47,956 bases of DNA. Source: a virus. Its lineage: Duplodnaviria > Caudoviricetes. Numbering within the stretch: the stretch's first letter is position 1; the number at the start of each line of letters is the position of its first letter. The position numbers and the translations under genes are program-made. The notes under the pieces were generated by a model. The model was not told the origin of the DNA and made no database searches. It saw nothing but the letters and a program-made list of their open reading frames with translations. This document shows positions 45,901 to 47,956 of the stretch, piece after piece. Where the stretch lies: positions 1-47,956 of the IMG/VR virus record IMGVR_UViG_3300032270_000962; one strand, written 5' to 3'.

Positions 45901-47131
45901 CGCCAGATATATTTGTCCAAGTACACGAAGAAGGAGTACAGGATTGCCACTGATAGGTTGTCGCAGTTACAGCAGACCCACCGTCACCCCAAGTTCCATC
46001 AACTGCGGTCAGAGTTTCCCCATAAGCAACAGTTCCAGACATTGATGTTCCGCCAGATGTTGTTGGAGCCGTAGACCCTGCAAGGAGGGTAAACGACTGG
46101 CTTACTGTGGCTGCTGCTACATATGAGTTATTAGAAGCACTATTTGCGGAGATGGTGCAAGTTCCTGTTTGACTAGCCAACACCGTCACTGTTGCGGTTG
46201 AAGTTCCACTGCTATCGGTTGATGAACCAACGGTGCACTTGTTTGTAGTGCTAGATGTAAATGCAACCGACAAGCCAGAAGTGGCAGTCGCCGAGACAGT
46301 AAATGTCTGGTTTGATGAAGAAGTAACTACATCAGCAGGCTGAGCAAAAGTAATAGTGTTTGCGCTGGCTACGGATATTGCTGAGTCAATATACATTGAC
46401 GCACCAAGGGCTTGACCGCCAGTTGCATCATAGGAACCATTCACAAACCTGAATCTGTAATAACCAGTAGATGGAACTATTCCGCTAGAAGTGACCCATG
46501 ATTGGTTTTGCCCACGTCCGTATGAAACCAAAGTTGAGGTAGCACTAGAGCCATAGTCGTATGTGTTTCCACTTGCCGAAACCTGAACCAAGTATCCGTA
46601 TGCTTCGTAGTCGTCACCACCACCAGCTGCGGCCCAGTCAAAAGAAATTGATTGATTCGCTGTGGCGGGAAACGGCTGGGTCCATATTTCTGGTCCAAAC
46701 GCCGAACCGTATGTTCCATGATTATTACAAGTATTGGCATAGGAAATAATGCCAGAAGAGAAGAGACGAATTACTCCACTACGTCCACCATATGTTTCTC
46801 CTGTAGATGTTGAGTAGGACAAGTTCTGGGTAGTCGCTTCTTGGCCTTCGTACAACTGCTGTTCTCGCGTGTAGTTCTTGTCGGTTACATAGGAGTATGA
46901 ACTATTGGAGGTGGCGTCGGTGCCGGTCATTGTGTATGGACCAATGCCCTGCTTGCCTAAAACCGCACATTGGGTTCGGCTTGCCAACGAACCTAGGGTT
47001 ACCTTTGCTGCCGTAGTTGACTCAAAGACAGGCGACAATGCCTTGACTGGCGAATACACTCCAAGAATCGACATTAGGGTCAATGAAACTACTGATACAA
47101 TAGGGAATAGACGCCGTAATGAGAAATTCAA
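42944..47131 (-). CDS. 1395-aa secreted, C-terminally membrane-anchored surface protein (Ig-like domains, beta-helix, Thr/Pro stalk, acidic helical repeats)
   Basis: N-terminal signal peptide; DGTW...YQWQ Ig-like domain; GSLRWAI...IIDG beta-helix with F..N repeats; poly-Thr linker; acidic repeats; terminal TM segments. Confidence 0.75.
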   Translation of the reverse strand: MNFSLRRLFPIVSVVSLTLMSILGVYSPVKALSPVFESTTAAKVTLGSLASRTQCAVLGKQGIGPYTMTGTDATSNSSYSYVTDKNYTREQQLYEGQEATTQNLSYSTSTGETYGGRSGVIRLFSSGIISYANTCNNHGTYGSAFGPEIWTQPFPATANQSISFDWAAAGGGDDYEAYGYLVQVSASGNTYDYGSSATSTLVSYGRGQNQSWVTSSGIVPSTGYYRFRFVNGSYDATGGQALGASMYIDSAISVASANTITFAQPADVVTSSSNQTFTVSATATSGLSVAFTSSTTNKCTVGSSTDSSGTSTATVTVLASQTGTCTISANSASNNSYVAAATVSQSFTLLAGSTAPTTSGGTSMSGTVAYGETLTAVDGTWGDGGSAVTATTYQWQSCTPSSCTWTNISGATSSTYAVGLDDVAKQIRVRVTKTNSIGSLTANSAASITVPAPTSVIVANLLDTSGSGSLRWAITTANASATINTITFASGNTGTITLTSALPAISDNLTITGAGLTSTIIDGNNLYRPFNISSGKSLTISDMTLKKGQATNGGLVNNGAGTFSATDVRFTGMTAGSAVFNNGGGSVSTLTDTTFDYLYVGIAGDYGSTPSALSQTDSDYTNRTYVYDSVFSNNTYGISGERFFKINNTQFISNTQVGAELGGLNRQQVTNSTFTSNGTGVYFSSWIPTGWAVGAGNQTVSGNTFNGNTTAIQFANNWNNGSSVYNGVSANSFSTASGNTFGNTSANTNNFSGSGYVESGNTITTTTTTTSSTTTTTTTSTTTTTTVPTTTTTTVYVPPVVVVIPPVDTGTTSTSVSPVVVTPPDDTTVPLPQLPEPETESTTVTLPVGTEPETALPELVIPPVGTEPETVVVIIPPGEVTLPEAGEAISTGELAGILDTAFTPDASTEEMTAVLDGLLDADLTPKQFDAVVDATLGSLDEPGADVGAVIDSFLGADLSDKEFTKVLDAVFADDVSSEVFTEALTTMLDADLSDKEFDKVLEAAFSETTSPEAMVSALSSIFDGPASGGDISKVMNAVFDEDISVADTMTVLGDLLETNLSMSETEAVFDSVFDGDLSDAETIDLIVDVLADELTSELLSAVLGSVFDEEVSTEVLIETFTAVLGGELNAESLGVIVDVLESDTITSEQVGQVVTLVIQQEGGIDGEQATALATSAKVLESIDGEQATAVFDAVVVAEVSEEEGAQIAEALTDAPTDVKESFEEEINVFAGVFDSYIALGSNINVGDRRTVLAVGAAVAAIGAIGASGALSPSSGPNGPSGGTGSGSGGSGGPSPAGGDVATRRNEEEEMSGEIAWDGLEWIKNMSIFRYNSGVRVLDWGMAMKKFSYGLINLGFTISGSLIVYLTLSGSIQKIAGISSVLALVGALYLHMKEPE

Positions 47132-47225
47132 GACTTGCCCCTCTCTGAATTTCGGTACTGATATTATGACACAACAGGTGCTTGTAGGGCAGAAAAAACT
47201 AATGTAGGGTTTATCGGAGGTTAAA

Positions 47226-47956
47226 ATGGCTGGAGCAGGAGTACGAGTATTTCAAGCAGGTGAAGTCTTGACTGCAACATTGGTCAATACATACCTCCAA
47301 GATCAGGTCGTGGCTCGCTTTCTTGATGACGACGCCCGTGATGCCGCCTTTATTGGCTCTGGAGCACCAACACTTGAAGAGGGCCGTGTTTGCTACTTGG
47401 ATTCGACCAACGAACTTCAGTACTACAGCGGCTCCGCTTGGGTCCCTATTAACTCCGAAGCGGTTATCAGCCAGATTCAGGCCAAAGGCGACTTGATTGT
47501 TGGAACTGGACTGAACACACTCGCACCAGTAGCAATTGGTGCGAATGACACGATCCTGTTCGCTGACTCATCGACTCCAACTGGGGTTGCGTGGAAGGCG
47601 CTAACTATTGGTGCAGGAAGTATTACCAATGACATGCTCGTTGGTTCTGTCGCCCTTTCCAAGCTCGCCACCGTAACTGATGGTCAAGTTCTTTTGGGAA
47701 CAACGACAACTGGTGTTGTCACCGCTACAACGGTTTCTGGAGATGTGACGATTGCTGGTGATGGCGTAACTTCTATCGGAACTGGCGTAATTGTTGATGC
47801 TGATGTCAGCGCATCTGCGACGATTGCCCACAGCAAACTAGCGAATGCTACGGCAGGACAGATACTTTTAGGAACCACGACTACTGGTGTAGTGACTGCA
47901 ACAACAATCACCGGGGATGTGACCATAACTGGTGCTGGTGTAACCGCAATCGGTTC
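47226..47956 (+). CDS. Tail-fibre or minor tail protein, 3'-truncated (missing from ORF track)
   Basis: GGAGG Shine-Dalgarno site; MAGAGVRVFQAGEVLTA..VNTYL...LEEG..CYL...YYSGSAW...AKGDLIVG; repeated GQ(V/I)LLGTTTTGVVTATT..GDVTI; open to the window end. Confidence 0.75.
   Translation, partial: MAGAGVRVFQAGEVLTATLVNTYLQDQVVARFLDDDARDAAFIGSGAPTLEEGRVCYLDSTNELQYYSGSAWVPINSEAVISQIQAKGDLIVGTGLNTLAPVAIGANDTILFADSSTPTGVAWKALTIGAGSITNDMLVGSVALSKLATVTDGQVLLGTTTTGVVTATTVSGDVTIAGDGVTSIGTGVIVDADVSASATIAHSKLANATAGQILLGTTTTGVVTATTITGDVTITGAGVTAIG

Noticed and set aside
43152-45953. Long plus-strand ORFs (e.g. 43668..44747, 45360..45953)
   Set aside because: They are antisense shadows of the Ser/Thr/Asp-rich surface protein and show no independent coding features.
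1-47956. Alternative genetic code or stop-codon reassignment
   Set aside because: Conserved genes are intact under the standard bacterial code, TAG, TGA and TAA all end genes at tight junctions, and no suppressor tRNA is seen.

Overview
This window is a segment of a large tailed-phage genome, most likely infecting an actinobacterium (WhiB gene, widespread leaderless -10/ATG starts, SSB, three single tRNAs). From left to right it holds: a 5'-truncated multidomain 'polyvalent'-type protein; about 30 kb of tightly packed small accessory genes in alternating orientation; a MoxR/VWA pair; a putative replication-initiator/helicase-loader region; a WhiB, Ntn-protease and metallophosphoesterase block; a lysis cassette; a 1395-aa membrane-anchored surface protein; and the start of a tail-fibre-like gene. 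The most striking unexplained structure is a 29-bp element, YGCGYY-N4-RATKAN-N7-YANNNT, of which I found 31 copies by eye between 4.3 and 32 kb. It puts an ATG exactly 35 nt downstream in 20 copies, usually abuts or absorbs the stop codon of the previous gene, and forms back-to-back pairs exactly 9 bp apart in 5 of 6 divergent junctions. A sibling motif without a -10 box (GACGGTGG-N2-GATGA, 9 co-oriented copies) clusters round the replication genes. Several candidate small RNAs with anti-Shine-Dalgarno-like sequences are also present. All calls come from reading the sequence by hand; no searches were run.
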